DNA of 64,000 nucleotides from an uncultured virus (IMG/VR IMGVR_UViG_3300031612_000007). Taxonomy: Duplodnaviria > Heunggongvirae > Uroviricota > Caudoviricetes > Schitoviridae. The stretch is from IMG/VR virus record IMGVR_UViG_3300031612_000007, one strand, 5' to 3'. Below the pieces are notes generated by a model. The model saw only the letters and a list, made by a program, of their open reading frames with translations, searched no databases and was not told the origin of the DNA. Position 1 is the first letter of the stretch. Each line of letters starts with the position of its first letter. This document shows positions 27,017 through 36,592 of the stretch, one piece after another. A program made the position numbers and the translations under genes.

Positions 27017-29308
27017 CTACTGTGTGCCTACTGCTATTGGTTGTAATGTAGTCCTTAGGGTAGGCAATTTTAAAGCCTGGTCTACGTATGCTTCTACTTG
27101 ATCAATTGCCAATATGCCTATATTACCAGAATGTATGGTTCTATTGTAAAAATCATCTGGTTCTTCCCCAAATATAACAAAAGGAAAGAGATAATTACTT
27201 TGATCTAGTAGTGCATTGGCTTCCTCTAACTCTTTATCCCTTTCATCCTGAAGAACGGACAATTCAGCCATTTTCCCCGCTATACCCTTAGTAAGGCGTT
27301 CAAAGTGATCGAAAGTAAGGAGTGAAGTTGCTATTTGTAGCAATACTTGTGAGCTAGTAAATCCCATCGAAGGCATGGCAAGTGATGCACTAGCTGGAGC
27401 GAAGTAGAACGCTGCAGCCAGTAATACAGCACCTAAAATCATAGAGCCAACAGGACCCAAGTGTTTAGATATAAACTTTACTGCAACAGCTATAACTATA
27501 GTAACTATCAGCATCTTAGCTATTGCTACCATAACAGCCATGTTAGCCGCTGCAGCTCCCAATGCAAAATTAACAGCAGCTATCTGCATAGCCATCGCAG
27601 GTGCCATCGTACCCATTGATACAATAACAATTGCTACCATTATAACCATAACAAAAAACTTGAAAAGACCGGTCTGATACCACTTTATTTTAATTATTAT
27701 TACAGAGTTAAAGACAAGGTGCAGGCCACGGGAATATAGTATTTCTCTATCCCTAAGTGAATAAAATTGTGTTATTGAGCGATCTAAAGGTACTGTTAAT
27801 AGAATTCCATTTGGATCATAGCCATCGCCAGCTGTAGTTGTATAGTTACCAATAATATGAAACATTAATTGCATATCACGTACAATAACCTCTTCATATA
27901 TGCTAGCTGAAATCTGATGGCGATACCTATGTTCTGCTGGCCTACCCCCTGCGGTTAATGTCGATCTATAACCATGTTCAATAAGCTGTGGCCAAGTCAC
28001 AGGGACATATACCATAGAATAAGTTCCTACATCCCCTGTTACGCCCGCAACTAAGTGCGTAGTTACGCCTCTATTTTGTAATGTAAGTTTAAATCGTTTA
28101 TCTTGGATTACTAGACTGTGCTCACCTGGAGCCCAATCTGTAGCAATTACTTGGCTAGAATATGCTTTCCAAAAATCAAATAGATATCTAAGTTCTATTT
28201 CATTAGAAGTGGTAGCAGGGACAGCCATAATCTGCATAGCTTGTTCTACGTCACCAATACCAGGATTTGACTCTATCTCAGCAACAACCTCATCATAGTT
28301 CATTTCTATTTTGCCAGCCATTTTTTTACTATGGATATAGTCAACTGAACTAGTATTTGCTAATGGCGACGCTTTATTGAAGCGGAAATATAAGAATGGA
28401 AAAAACTGCCCATTAGTTGTTTGTGGGGTATTAAATATTAAATCTAATGCCGTATATCCACCAGAGCCGTCTTCATAAAGCCAATACTTTGTTGCTCCCC
28501 CACTTACATTATATGCAACATGGTAATAATCAGCAGCATCGTTATAAGCAGCTAAAGATAGGGTGAAACTACTAGTGTGAATAGTTGGAGGTGTAGATCC
28601 ATGTTGTTGCCACGCACTTGCAACTTCCCATACATACTGAACTCTAACATGAGCTACTGTAGCAGTAGTACTTCTCTCTACTGCTGAATGTGCTCGTATA
28701 CCTAAATTAGCGAAATGGTGAGTATAAGGTCTAGTGGGAGAATACCCTGCTCTAGCTACTCTACCCCATTTATGGAAAGTTTTAAGATCATATCCTTCAT
28801 TAAGCTCTAGTAAAGCTAAGTCATAATCAGCAGCAGGTACGACTACAACCATATCATCTAACCACACTGTAGTACCCATTGAGGCAGTTAGATTCCCTAG
28901 TGTATTAGATCCTTCGATATATCCATGATTATCTATAATCTGCATCCAAGCAACATGGTGCATGTTATAAGGGACTACATATGTATATTGTATACTTATG
29001 GCAGATTCGGCGACACTATGAACGCCTGCTAGTACTGTTTTAACTGCTGGGTTGCCTTCAGAGGGAGAACGAAATTGCCCTGAAGGCAACCCATAGGTAT
29101 AAGAGCCAGCGCCATAGGTGTACATCCTATCGGCCTTGAGAGATATACCATCCATGAATTCTTCAAGTACAGAACTGTATATAGGCTGCTTTTGTTGTTG
29201 CGCTATAACGAACCCAGTAATAAGAGAGTTAGGTACCTTATCATCCTCCAGGGACCTTACCACTGTGGTTCCTACTTTCGTTTTTCTTTTTGTACTAAAA
29301 AGACCCAC
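27017..29308 (-). CDS. N4 gp53-like structural protein with C-terminal hydrophobic helices
   Basis: GTG start, MGLFSTKRKT, KWYQTG.F followed by hydrophobic segments, E.PD.FYNRT.H.GNIG. Confidence 0.75.
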   Translation of the reverse strand: MGLFSTKRKTKVGTTVVRSLEDDKVPNSLITGFVIAQQQKQPIYSSVLEEFMDGISLKADRMYTYGAGSYTYGLPSGQFRSPSEGNPAVKTVLAGVHSVAESAISIQYTYVVPYNMHHVAWMQIIDNHGYIEGSNTLGNLTASMGTTVWLDDMVVVVPAADYDLALLELNEGYDLKTFHKWGRVARAGYSPTRPYTHHFANLGIRAHSAVERSTTATVAHVRVQYVWEVASAWQQHGSTPPTIHTSSFTLSLAAYNDAADYYHVAYNVSGGATKYWLYEDGSGGYTALDLIFNTPQTTNGQFFPFLYFRFNKASPLANTSSVDYIHSKKMAGKIEMNYDEVVAEIESNPGIGDVEQAMQIMAVPATTSNEIELRYLFDFWKAYSSQVIATDWAPGEHSLVIQDKRFKLTLQNRGVTTHLVAGVTGDVGTYSMVYVPVTWPQLIEHGYRSTLTAGGRPAEHRYRHQISASIYEEVIVRDMQLMFHIIGNYTTTAGDGYDPNGILLTVPLDRSITQFYSLRDREILYSRGLHLVFNSVIIIKIKWYQTGLFKFFVMVIMVAIVIVSMGTMAPAMAMQIAAVNFALGAAAANMAVMVAIAKMLIVTIVIAVAVKFISKHLGPVGSMILGAVLLAAAFYFAPASASLAMPSMGFTSSQVLLQIATSLLTFDHFERLTKGIAGKMAELSVLQDERDKELEEANALLDQSNYLFPFVIFGEEPDDFYNRTIHSGNIGILAIDQVEAYVDQALKLPTLRTTLQPIAVGTQ

Positions 29309-29320
29309 TATACTTCTCCA

Positions 29321-29357
29321 AAGAGAAAAAGGGGAGCAAATAGCTCCCCTTCTTTTG
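29321..29357 (-). terminator. Rho-independent terminator, possibly bidirectional
   Basis: AAGGGGAGC-AAATA-GCTCCCCTT flanked by A-rich and T-rich tracts. Confidence 0.75.
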
Positions 29358-29377
29358 TTGGCTATTAATACAGCTAA

Positions 29378-30007
29378 TTATATCCCAACTCCAGTTAGTA
29401 ACTTATCTACTACACTACCAACAGATGCATCATCCAGTTTATTAGTAGAGTTAGCAGCAGTTGCTTCATCTGTCATTCGACGAGCGCTCCAAGTCTCTAC
29501 TAAAATCTTAGCAGCCTTTTGCTCAGCATCTCGAGTAAATCCAGCAGTTTGTGCTGTATATAGTCCTTTTTGTACACCTACTAAACTAGTAGCATCTACA
29601 CCAGCTGCTATCGTCTGTGCTTTTTCAGTTAGCACTTTTTGTAGGAGGAGTGCAGTTTCCTGCTGTACTTTCAGTTTAGTGAGTACTAATACATCAAATT
29701 CAGCATTAAGTTTACACTTCGTAGACTCTAGGACCTCATGTTCTTTAGCAGCATTAAGTATTTGTTGTGCTACTAGATCTGCGTCCAAACTTGCCTTATC
29801 TTTCGTTAGCAAGAATTGAATCGAGGCACTTAAAACTGCCTGAAGTGAACCTAAGTATACAGTAGCATACTCAGCCCCTTTAATACGATTCTTAGCAAAC
29901 TCAGCATCCAAGTGTGCTTTATTTGCGCGTATTAAAGTATCGAATACTCCTGTACCGTCAAGTGCTGTGGTAGTTAAAGCGGCTGTACTAACAGGTGTAA
30001 TTGGCAT
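29378..30007 (-). CDS. Structural protein (N4 gp54-like)
   Basis: GTGVFD.L...HL..EF..NRI.G.EYA.VY and F.RDAEQKAAK motifs; synteny. Confidence 0.75.
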   Translation of the reverse strand: MPITPVSTAALTTTALDGTGVFDTLIRANKAHLDAEFAKNRIKGAEYATVYLGSLQAVLSASIQFLLTKDKASLDADLVAQQILNAAKEHEVLESTKCKLNAEFDVLVLTKLKVQQETALLLQKVLTEKAQTIAAGVDATSLVGVQKGLYTAQTAGFTRDAEQKAAKILVETWSARRMTDEATAANSTNKLDDASVGSVVDKLLTGVGI

Positions 30008-30017
30008 TGTTTATCCT

Positions 30018-30581
30018 CTATCTATCAATAGATTTAGAAGCAGCTTGTCGAGCTGCTAGTTTAGAAATATCTAATTCGGTTAGTGCAGGTAAGTCCTGAA
30101 TAGCAAATTCTTTAATTAGTTTACCAGAACGTCCTTTATTTCCACGAGAGTCCGTAGTTACAGAGAATACTTGACACATACGGTCATCCATCGCTTGTAC
30201 AACAATACTAGGTAGATGCCAACCGTCTTCGGCATTAAAAGGTACATAATGTGTAACGGTACCTACTACAGAGTTTCCAACTGTGAATAATTCACCATTC
30301 CATTCTTTCTTAGCAGGATTCATGCAAGTAATTTGCACACGCTTCAATGCATGAGCCTCTTTTCTTAGGCGAATACGTATTGCATTTTCGCTTTCAGGCT
30401 TTGACTCTTCAATAGAAGTGGCTTCTTCATTAGACGCTGCTTCTAACACAGCATTAACCTTATCACGGAGTTTAGTTAACCCGATTGAAGGATGGTACGT
30501 AATGCCCATTAAATCAGCCCGCTTTTTGAGGTTGGCCTTTTCGTCTTGACCAGTTACTTCATTAGTTTCGGTATTTGACAT
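30018..30581 (-). CDS. N4 gp55-like protein
   Basis: LK.RA.LMGI.Y.PSIG..KLR.KV, ITCMNP.K, KEFAI..LP.LT; downstream of major capsid. Confidence 0.75.
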   Translation of the reverse strand: MSNTETNEVTGQDEKANLKKRADLMGITYHPSIGLTKLRDKVNAVLEAASNEEATSIEESKPESENAIRIRLRKEAHALKRVQITCMNPAKKEWNGELFTVGNSVVGTVTHYVPFNAEDGWHLPSIVVQAMDDRMCQVFSVTTDSRGNKGRSGKLIKEFAIQDLPALTELDISKLAARQAASKSIDR

Positions 30582-30610
30582 AGTGTCTTTTAAAATCCCA
30601 AGTTAGTGTT

Positions 30611-30645
30611 AAAAAAAAGAGGGATGAGCATAAACCCACCCCTCT
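30611..30645 (-). terminator. Terminator after major capsid gene
   Basis: Minus strand AGAGGGGTGGG-TTTATG-CTCATCCCTCT followed by a T-tract. Confidence 0.8.
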
Positions 30646-30655
30646 AAGACTTACT

Positions 30656-32077
30656 TTACATCGTTGCTGAAGTTAAAATCAAGCCAATACGTTCTGAACG
30701 CAAGGTCATGAATCCATAATACCACTTAATGGACATGAACCCAGTTTCACCGTAAGGATCGGTTTTATCCGCTGTTGCTTCACCCGGTGCTTTATGGAAG
30801 ATCCGGAATTTCACGGTTTTGCCATCGGTTTGGAAACCAATAGTTGTGAAAGCCTCATCACCCACTACCAAGATAGGGAACACATCGAAACGTCCTGCTG
30901 TTTCATAATGTGTTGCACTACCAGAAGCATCTGCACCAGCGCCAGACCATTTTTGCATTTCAGGTACCACTACAATACGTAGGGCATCTATTGAACCAAC
31001 TTCACCAACAAGTACGTTGGCAGCATCAGCATATCTATTTGCTGGTACAAAAGCTGGGCTAGAATGGAAATCTGACATTGCTTTCAATGTTGGTAGTAGT
31101 TCAGACCCAACATACGCAACGCGTCCACCGGAAATGGTGCGAGTATCAACCATACGTGATCCAGCAATAACTTTGGTGGATTTAGGAGTACGGTTGTTAT
31201 CCAGATCAATAGCTAGCAACATTAGATCTTTAAAGACTACTACAGAACTAGCAGCAATAGTTTGTCTAGATGTAGCAGATCCGCTATAACGAATTACACC
31301 AGCAGCGTTTAACAAATCAACCTGTAGTGCAGCTTCGGTTAATTCATTAGCACCTTTAACCATTTCATCATTGATATGTTGTGCTAGATCAGCATCAGTA
31401 TCAAAGTTCATTGATTCTTCAGTGTATTCATCAAAGAAACCGAATTTCTCAAACGTACCTTCTAGTTCTACACGTTTGAAACCTACCCGGTTAACACGAC
31501 CACCGTTTTCAGATACTGCTGGCAATTTACCAGAAATAACACCAATATCTTTAGATGAACCGTATAAGTTACCAGAACCTTGCTGTTTCACACCACCAAT
31601 GTTGAGATCTACTACAGCGGTAGCTTTAGTATCATCAGCATATTTAAGTGTTAGTGAGCCAGTAATGGTAAGAGTAGCTAGCCCAGAGCCGCCAGAACCA
31701 TCAGCACCTGCAACACAAGGAGTGCCGGTAAGGTTGTTAATAGCGGTAGCAGCAGCTGCTTTCGTAGCATTTGTTACAGCCATAACAGCTCTAGGTAGTG
31801 TTACGTAAAAAGCTGTGCCTGCAATGGTTACACCTGCAGCATCAATGCCTTGATCATTTAGATTAGCATCATCTAATAGAGGCAAATAATGGTACCGCTT
31901 TATTTTTTGTCCCATGTTTTTAGGCATGGATGTAACGTCAGCTAGTTGACCAAAAAAGGCTTCCTTAGCTGCTGTAACTAGTGCTTTCTTTTGATAGTAA
32001 GCACTGTTGATTTGTGGACCGATATCCGAGGCTGTACCTGAAGCCGTGGTTGACGGTGCATTATAGTCGCGTGTCAT
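30656..32077 (-). CDS. Major capsid protein (N4 gp56-like)
   Basis: PLLDD.N.NDQGIDA.G, GNLYGSSKDIG, ENGGRVNRVGF and DPYGETGF.SIKWYYG. Confidence 0.95.
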   Translation of the reverse strand: MTRDYNAPSTTASGTASDIGPQINSAYYQKKALVTAAKEAFFGQLADVTSMPKNMGQKIKRYHYLPLLDDANLNDQGIDAAGVTIAGTAFYVTLPRAVMAVTNATKAAAATAINNLTGTPCVAGADGSGGSGLATLTITGSLTLKYADDTKATAVVDLNIGGVKQQGSGNLYGSSKDIGVISGKLPAVSENGGRVNRVGFKRVELEGTFEKFGFFDEYTEESMNFDTDADLAQHINDEMVKGANELTEAALQVDLLNAAGVIRYSGSATSRQTIAASSVVVFKDLMLLAIDLDNNRTPKSTKVIAGSRMVDTRTISGGRVAYVGSELLPTLKAMSDFHSSPAFVPANRYADAANVLVGEVGSIDALRIVVVPEMQKWSGAGADASGSATHYETAGRFDVFPILVVGDEAFTTIGFQTDGKTVKFRIFHKAPGEATADKTDPYGETGFMSIKWYYGFMTLRSERIGLILTSATM

Positions 32078-32098
32078 AATATTTCCTTATAATAAATT

Positions 32099-33253
32099 TT
32101 ATGCATAACGGGATGCAGCAAGTTTGCTGAATTCCTCGTCTGACATAGATAATGGATTAAAATCCTTTGCAGGTGCCGTTGGGGCTGCAGCTGGTGTACT
32201 ACCAGCAGCTCTGCGCTTGTCCTTTAATGCTGGATCATTAACTTTTTTCGTTTTTGGAGTAACTACTATAGGCGCTTCTTCTTTGGATCTCTCCTGGGGT
32301 ACACCCAGATGGTCAAATCCTCCATTAGCTTGTATAGCATCTCCAACTTTACGGTAAGCTTCAATGTCCGAAACACCGTTCAGGTGACCAAGCATACGTC
32401 CACGTTCTACTTCAGTATTGATTTGATCATAAATACCACTAGCCATGTGGTCATTAATCACTTTAAGCAACTGAGGTTGTCCCGCTACTGTTCGCTTGCT
32501 AGCACTGTCCCATTCCTTACTGATTACATCAAGAGTTCTATTATATGTTGGTGTACCTTGGATATCATCCAATACAGAGTCCAACTCTAACTCACGATCA
32601 TCAACCGAATGGGTTTTCGGTGCGTATTCACCTGCCTTTTCTGCGTCTAGTTCCATAGGATCTAGCCCGCTGTCTTTTACCAGTTTATTAATTGCTTCAG
32701 GATTCTTTTTATCCAAGTCAATCAAAAAACTTAATTTTTCTTCACTTAGAAGACCGTTATTCTCTAACAGCTTCAAAATCTTTAGGCTAGGTTTCAAACC
32801 AGCCATCTTTTTGTTGTAATTAGCACCCATTTGCATCAGTGAGATAGCATCATCCACTGTATCCACCGTAACATCCCTCCCATTAGCTTTAAAGGGTTGT
32901 AGTAGGCGCTTGTATTCGGCTTCATAGTTTATGCTCTTAGAATCGGTCTCAGGAGCCTCTTTTTCCTCTATATCTTTTTCAACAGGCTTTTCTGCCGCTT
33001 CTACTGGTTCAGGTATCTTATCAGCTACTTCTTCGGGCTCTTCGGCTTCGCCGGAGCCCTCAGCAGGTTCTTCAACTTTTTCGTCAGCAGCAGCAACTTC
33101 TACAACAGCTTCTTCTGCAACTACATCTTCAACTGCTACTTCCTCAGGAGCAACTACTTCCTCCTGTGGAGGTGGCGACGCTAGAAATTCTTCATCTGTC
33201 ATTTGAAGAGGGGAAATTACTTCTTCAACCTTTTCTTCTTTAGTATCAGCCAT
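32099..33253 (-). CDS. N4 gp57-like protein (acidic; scaffold or tape-measure-like)
   Basis: PFKANG, LMQMGANY, PLSMSDEEF; upstream of capsid. Confidence 0.8.
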   Translation of the reverse strand: MADTKEEKVEEVISPLQMTDEEFLASPPPQEEVVAPEEVAVEDVVAEEAVVEVAAADEKVEEPAEGSGEAEEPEEVADKIPEPVEAAEKPVEKDIEEKEAPETDSKSINYEAEYKRLLQPFKANGRDVTVDTVDDAISLMQMGANYNKKMAGLKPSLKILKLLENNGLLSEEKLSFLIDLDKKNPEAINKLVKDSGLDPMELDAEKAGEYAPKTHSVDDRELELDSVLDDIQGTPTYNRTLDVISKEWDSASKRTVAGQPQLLKVINDHMASGIYDQINTEVERGRMLGHLNGVSDIEAYRKVGDAIQANGGFDHLGVPQERSKEEAPIVVTPKTKKVNDPALKDKRRAAGSTPAAAPTAPAKDFNPLSMSDEEFSKLAASRYA

Positions 33254-33636
33254 TATTCATTCCCCTGTTCAGTATAAAGTTCAGCCAAACTAGCTGCATC
33301 ATCTTCTAAGGTTTTACTAGCCATAGTTGCTTTAGCAAGTAGAGTATTTAGATAATTACTAAAACAACCAATTGCGTCAATTTGTAATATGAGAGCACGT
33401 TGGTCATCTACTGATTGCATACTTGGGGCAGATTTAAGATGAACTAAGCGGATTGCTTCTTCTTCAAAGTATCCTTTTAAAACCATACTCTTAAAGTCTC
33501 TATTTGACTTAAGTCGGGCAAGTGAGGTAACAACATCAGCAACACTTTTTGCACTAGCTATACTACGCTCAGTTGCTTCGATTCTCTCACTTCTTTCCAA
33601 TCTCTCGATTGCATCATACGATTCATTTATTGTCAT
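33253..33636 (-). CDS. N4 gp58-like protein
   Basis: L.RL..NRDFK..VL.GYFEEEAIRLV; between portal and gp57. Confidence 0.75.
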   Translation of the reverse strand: MTINESYDAIERLERSERIEATERSIASAKSVADVVTSLARLKSNRDFKSMVLKGYFEEEAIRLVHLKSAPSMQSVDDQRALILQIDAIGCFSNYLNTLLAKATMASKTLEDDAASLAELYTEQGNE

Positions 33637-33701
33637 TTATCTACCATTGTTTTAAAAAAAGTTAATAGATTGTCCGTAACTACCGTAACTATATACCAGT
33701 T

Positions 33702-35903
33702 TTATCCTCTATTAGTCAAATATTGTTGTAATAAGTTTGTATCTTGTTTTGCTTCTTCTTTTTCTAATCCAAGCTCATGGTCAAGTAATTTTAACTTTTC
33801 CTGTGCTTTTGCTTGTGCACCATGACGTTCTAAGTCACGTTCTTGTGTAACACCCAATTCCTGTTCTACATAGTTAAGGTTACGTTGGTCAGTATCTGCT
33901 GAAAGATTAGCGCCTTTAACAGACTCAGTATTGGTCTTAGCTTGTGCTAGCCCAGCATCTACCATGATCTTTTGTGTTTTAGCTTGCATTTCAGCAATCT
34001 CAGCTTCTAATTTAGCAACTTCTAGCTGTTGTACTTTTTGAGCAACAGGATCAGGCTCAGGTTTATATGTTGTAATACGTTGTGCTAAATCAGGCATCTT
34101 ACGTAATTTAGCAATATCCCCTAAGATCATCTTAGTCATTTCTGGGTCCATAGTGGGTCCAGTAGTCTGAAGCATAAAGGCTAGCTGTTCAGCTTTATTA
34201 TTATCTTCTTCTGCAGTGGATATAGATAATGTTAAGTCGAATTTACCGGCAAGGTCATCTCTACGAATAGTCACAAATTCTTTATTAGTGACTCGGACAA
34301 CCTCTTCATCTGATAGGAACTCTGCATTCATACTAATAAGCTTACGACCTATCTTTACTATACCGCTGGAAAGTCTGCGAAGTATTCCAAGCTCCCGTTT
34401 AGAAGCTGCATCCAAAGCTCCACGTATGCCTGCGGCTACGTCACCTAATACAGCACCTGAAACACCTTGGGACCAAGATTTTACACCGGTCATAGATTCA
34501 GCTTCCATACTTTGTAGCTGCAACATAAATTGTGCAGATGCTGGGATCTCTGGATAAGTATGCATAAACACGCCTTGGCGTGGATCTACATTAGCATTAA
34601 ACTCATAGTCTCTACCTTGATCAAACTTACGTCGATTAGTTGTATCCAACATATCTTTACGTATCCCGGTCTGCCCATTCGCAGATTTACCCATGATATC
34701 TATCATCCCACGAGTTACTGCGCCAATAACCTTTTGATTATCTTCTAGCAATGAACCATCTGGTTCACCGTAGTTACTTTTACGTACAGGTAGGTAATGT
34801 TCAATAACAAATGGTAATGCCCCATCTGGAAAAGGGACCTCTTCCATACGAATCATCACATCACCAACCCATTCAGCTACAAATGCTGTGACAAGACCAC
34901 TACCATCTACATCTCGTTTACCCCAATACTGATGTACTACAAATTTCTTACGTGCTTCATCAGTAAAGTTGAAGTTATCTTCGTCCTCTCTAGGAGTATG
35001 GTCTGGAGTTGATAAGATTGAATTATTATCAATACTAATCTTGTCTATATTCTGATATTTTTTACCATCCTTATTAAGTGCAGACTTACTTGTTTCATAA
35101 GTTTTTATGAGGAAGCCCGCTTTTTCGATATCCCCATTAGCAGTAGGATCGATCATTACATTACGAAAATCACATACTTCTAAGGTTGGTTTATTACTTA
35201 GGATGCGAGTTTTCTCTTCCTTACGTACTTCACCAGTAAATATAGGCACAATCGGGCGACCTTCTTGCATTGTTAACTCATGCGCCTCTTTTAATTCCTC
35301 TGGCACATCGGTAGCATACTGACTAGGAGATTCTTGCATTAACTGATGTATATGCTCATGTAGTGGAGCTTGCGCCTCATCTACTTGAAACTCAATTACA
35401 GGTACATCTTCTTCGTAGGTTTCCTCAGCGAATTCCCAACCAACTTGAACAATGACTGTGCCCTCATCTACTGCAGTGCGTATATACTCGTCAATAAATC
35501 TAGTTTTATCAATTTTAGTATTTAATTGGTAGTTTAATACTAGTTCATTCTGCTGAGCTGCATCACGATCTTCCCAGGTTACTGGTCGCACATTAAATAC
35601 ATCATCAGTAGATAGGAAAGGTTCACTTAGAGAAGCATATCGCCATTCTGCTTGCTTACGTATAAGTTTTGGCTGTATTGCGGATTGCCCAGCTATTGTT
35701 TTTATAGCCGCTGTGCCAGTAATATTTAGATTATCTAACCATACACCGATCTTATCTACTTGAGCATCATGGATTGTCTTAGCAATTAGTCGATCTGCTT
35801 TCATTTCCTCAATAGTAGGTGGCGTAGTCCATCCTTCAGGAGCAGTAATACCAATAGATTTCTTAATGCCTGTCTCTACTGTCTTTTGATTTTTTTCAGC
35901 CAT
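33702..35903 (-). CDS. Portal protein (N4 gp59-like)
   Basis: PKLIRKQAEWRY..LSEPFL, TRGMID.MG.SANGQ, ALDAASKRE; start set at ATG 35903 (TAATG coupling). Confidence 0.93.
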   Translation of the reverse strand: MAEKNQKTVETGIKKSIGITAPEGWTTPPTIEEMKADRLIAKTIHDAQVDKIGVWLDNLNITGTAAIKTIAGQSAIQPKLIRKQAEWRYASLSEPFLSTDDVFNVRPVTWEDRDAAQQNELVLNYQLNTKIDKTRFIDEYIRTAVDEGTVIVQVGWEFAEETYEEDVPVIEFQVDEAQAPLHEHIHQLMQESPSQYATDVPEELKEAHELTMQEGRPIVPIFTGEVRKEEKTRILSNKPTLEVCDFRNVMIDPTANGDIEKAGFLIKTYETSKSALNKDGKKYQNIDKISIDNNSILSTPDHTPREDEDNFNFTDEARKKFVVHQYWGKRDVDGSGLVTAFVAEWVGDVMIRMEEVPFPDGALPFVIEHYLPVRKSNYGEPDGSLLEDNQKVIGAVTRGMIDIMGKSANGQTGIRKDMLDTTNRRKFDQGRDYEFNANVDPRQGVFMHTYPEIPASAQFMLQLQSMEAESMTGVKSWSQGVSGAVLGDVAAGIRGALDAASKRELGILRRLSSGIVKIGRKLISMNAEFLSDEEVVRVTNKEFVTIRRDDLAGKFDLTLSISTAEEDNNKAEQLAFMLQTTGPTMDPEMTKMILGDIAKLRKMPDLAQRITTYKPEPDPVAQKVQQLEVAKLEAEIAEMQAKTQKIMVDAGLAQAKTNTESVKGANLSADTDQRNLNYVEQELGVTQERDLERHGAQAKAQEKLKLLDHELGLEKEEAKQDTNLLQQYLTNRG

Positions 35904-36583
35904 TACTTCCAACCCCCATCCCTAAATCGCGCATTCTTAGTAGTATTCTCAACTTGCGGGTTTAGATTAGTTAATAATTGCGAAGCCATCTCGTATTTTT
36001 GCATATAATTATTACTTGCTAGTCCCTCAAACTGCCCTGTTCCAGTATTAGCAAGCATTCTAGAAGCTACAAAGTATATTAAAGGTTCTATATACGTATA
36101 TGGTATTTCCAACTCCAATTCATCAGGATCTAGGTCAGCATCCTTCTCCTGGAGTTTAGGGTGATTAGCACGATAGACTAAATCCAATGATGTAGCCTTC
36201 AGAGCGGTTGGTAAAGTAGTGCTATTATCAACTATAGCAATGGGAACCACCAAGACTTTGGGACTTGTAGTAAAACAACTATATATATCTATCTCATTAT
36301 TAAGACTTAACTCTTCTTTTAGAGCAGAGTCAGTAAAAATACGTTCTATTCTATTAATATCCTCGCCTACAACTGTATAAGTATATGTTCCTGTTACTAA
36401 AGGTACATTGACTCGCCCTTCTTTTAATGGGAATCGTTTATATATTGCAGCTAGTGCCATATTGACATGTGGGATCACCCGTTCACGATTAGATACGCTG
36501 ATAACACCAGCTTCATTACCACCAATACTTAACTGGGAAAGTTCACCATAAGTAAGCTGGTCAAAGACTTCTTGTAATTTCAT
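35903..36583 (-). CDS. Head-tail adaptor (N4 gp67-like)
   Basis: MKL.EVF.QL.YGELS, YKRFPLKE, YRANHP, YFVASR; ends F...GW. Confidence 0.75.
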   Translation of the reverse strand: MKLQEVFDQLTYGELSQLSIGGNEAGVISVSNRERVIPHVNMALAAIYKRFPLKEGRVNVPLVTGTYTYTVVGEDINRIERIFTDSALKEELSLNNEIDIYSCFTTSPKVLVVPIAIVDNSTTLPTALKATSLDLVYRANHPKLQEKDADLDPDELELEIPYTYIEPLIYFVASRMLANTGTGQFEGLASNNYMQKYEMASQLLTNLNPQVENTTKNARFRDGGWK

Positions 36584-36592
36584 AATTTTACC

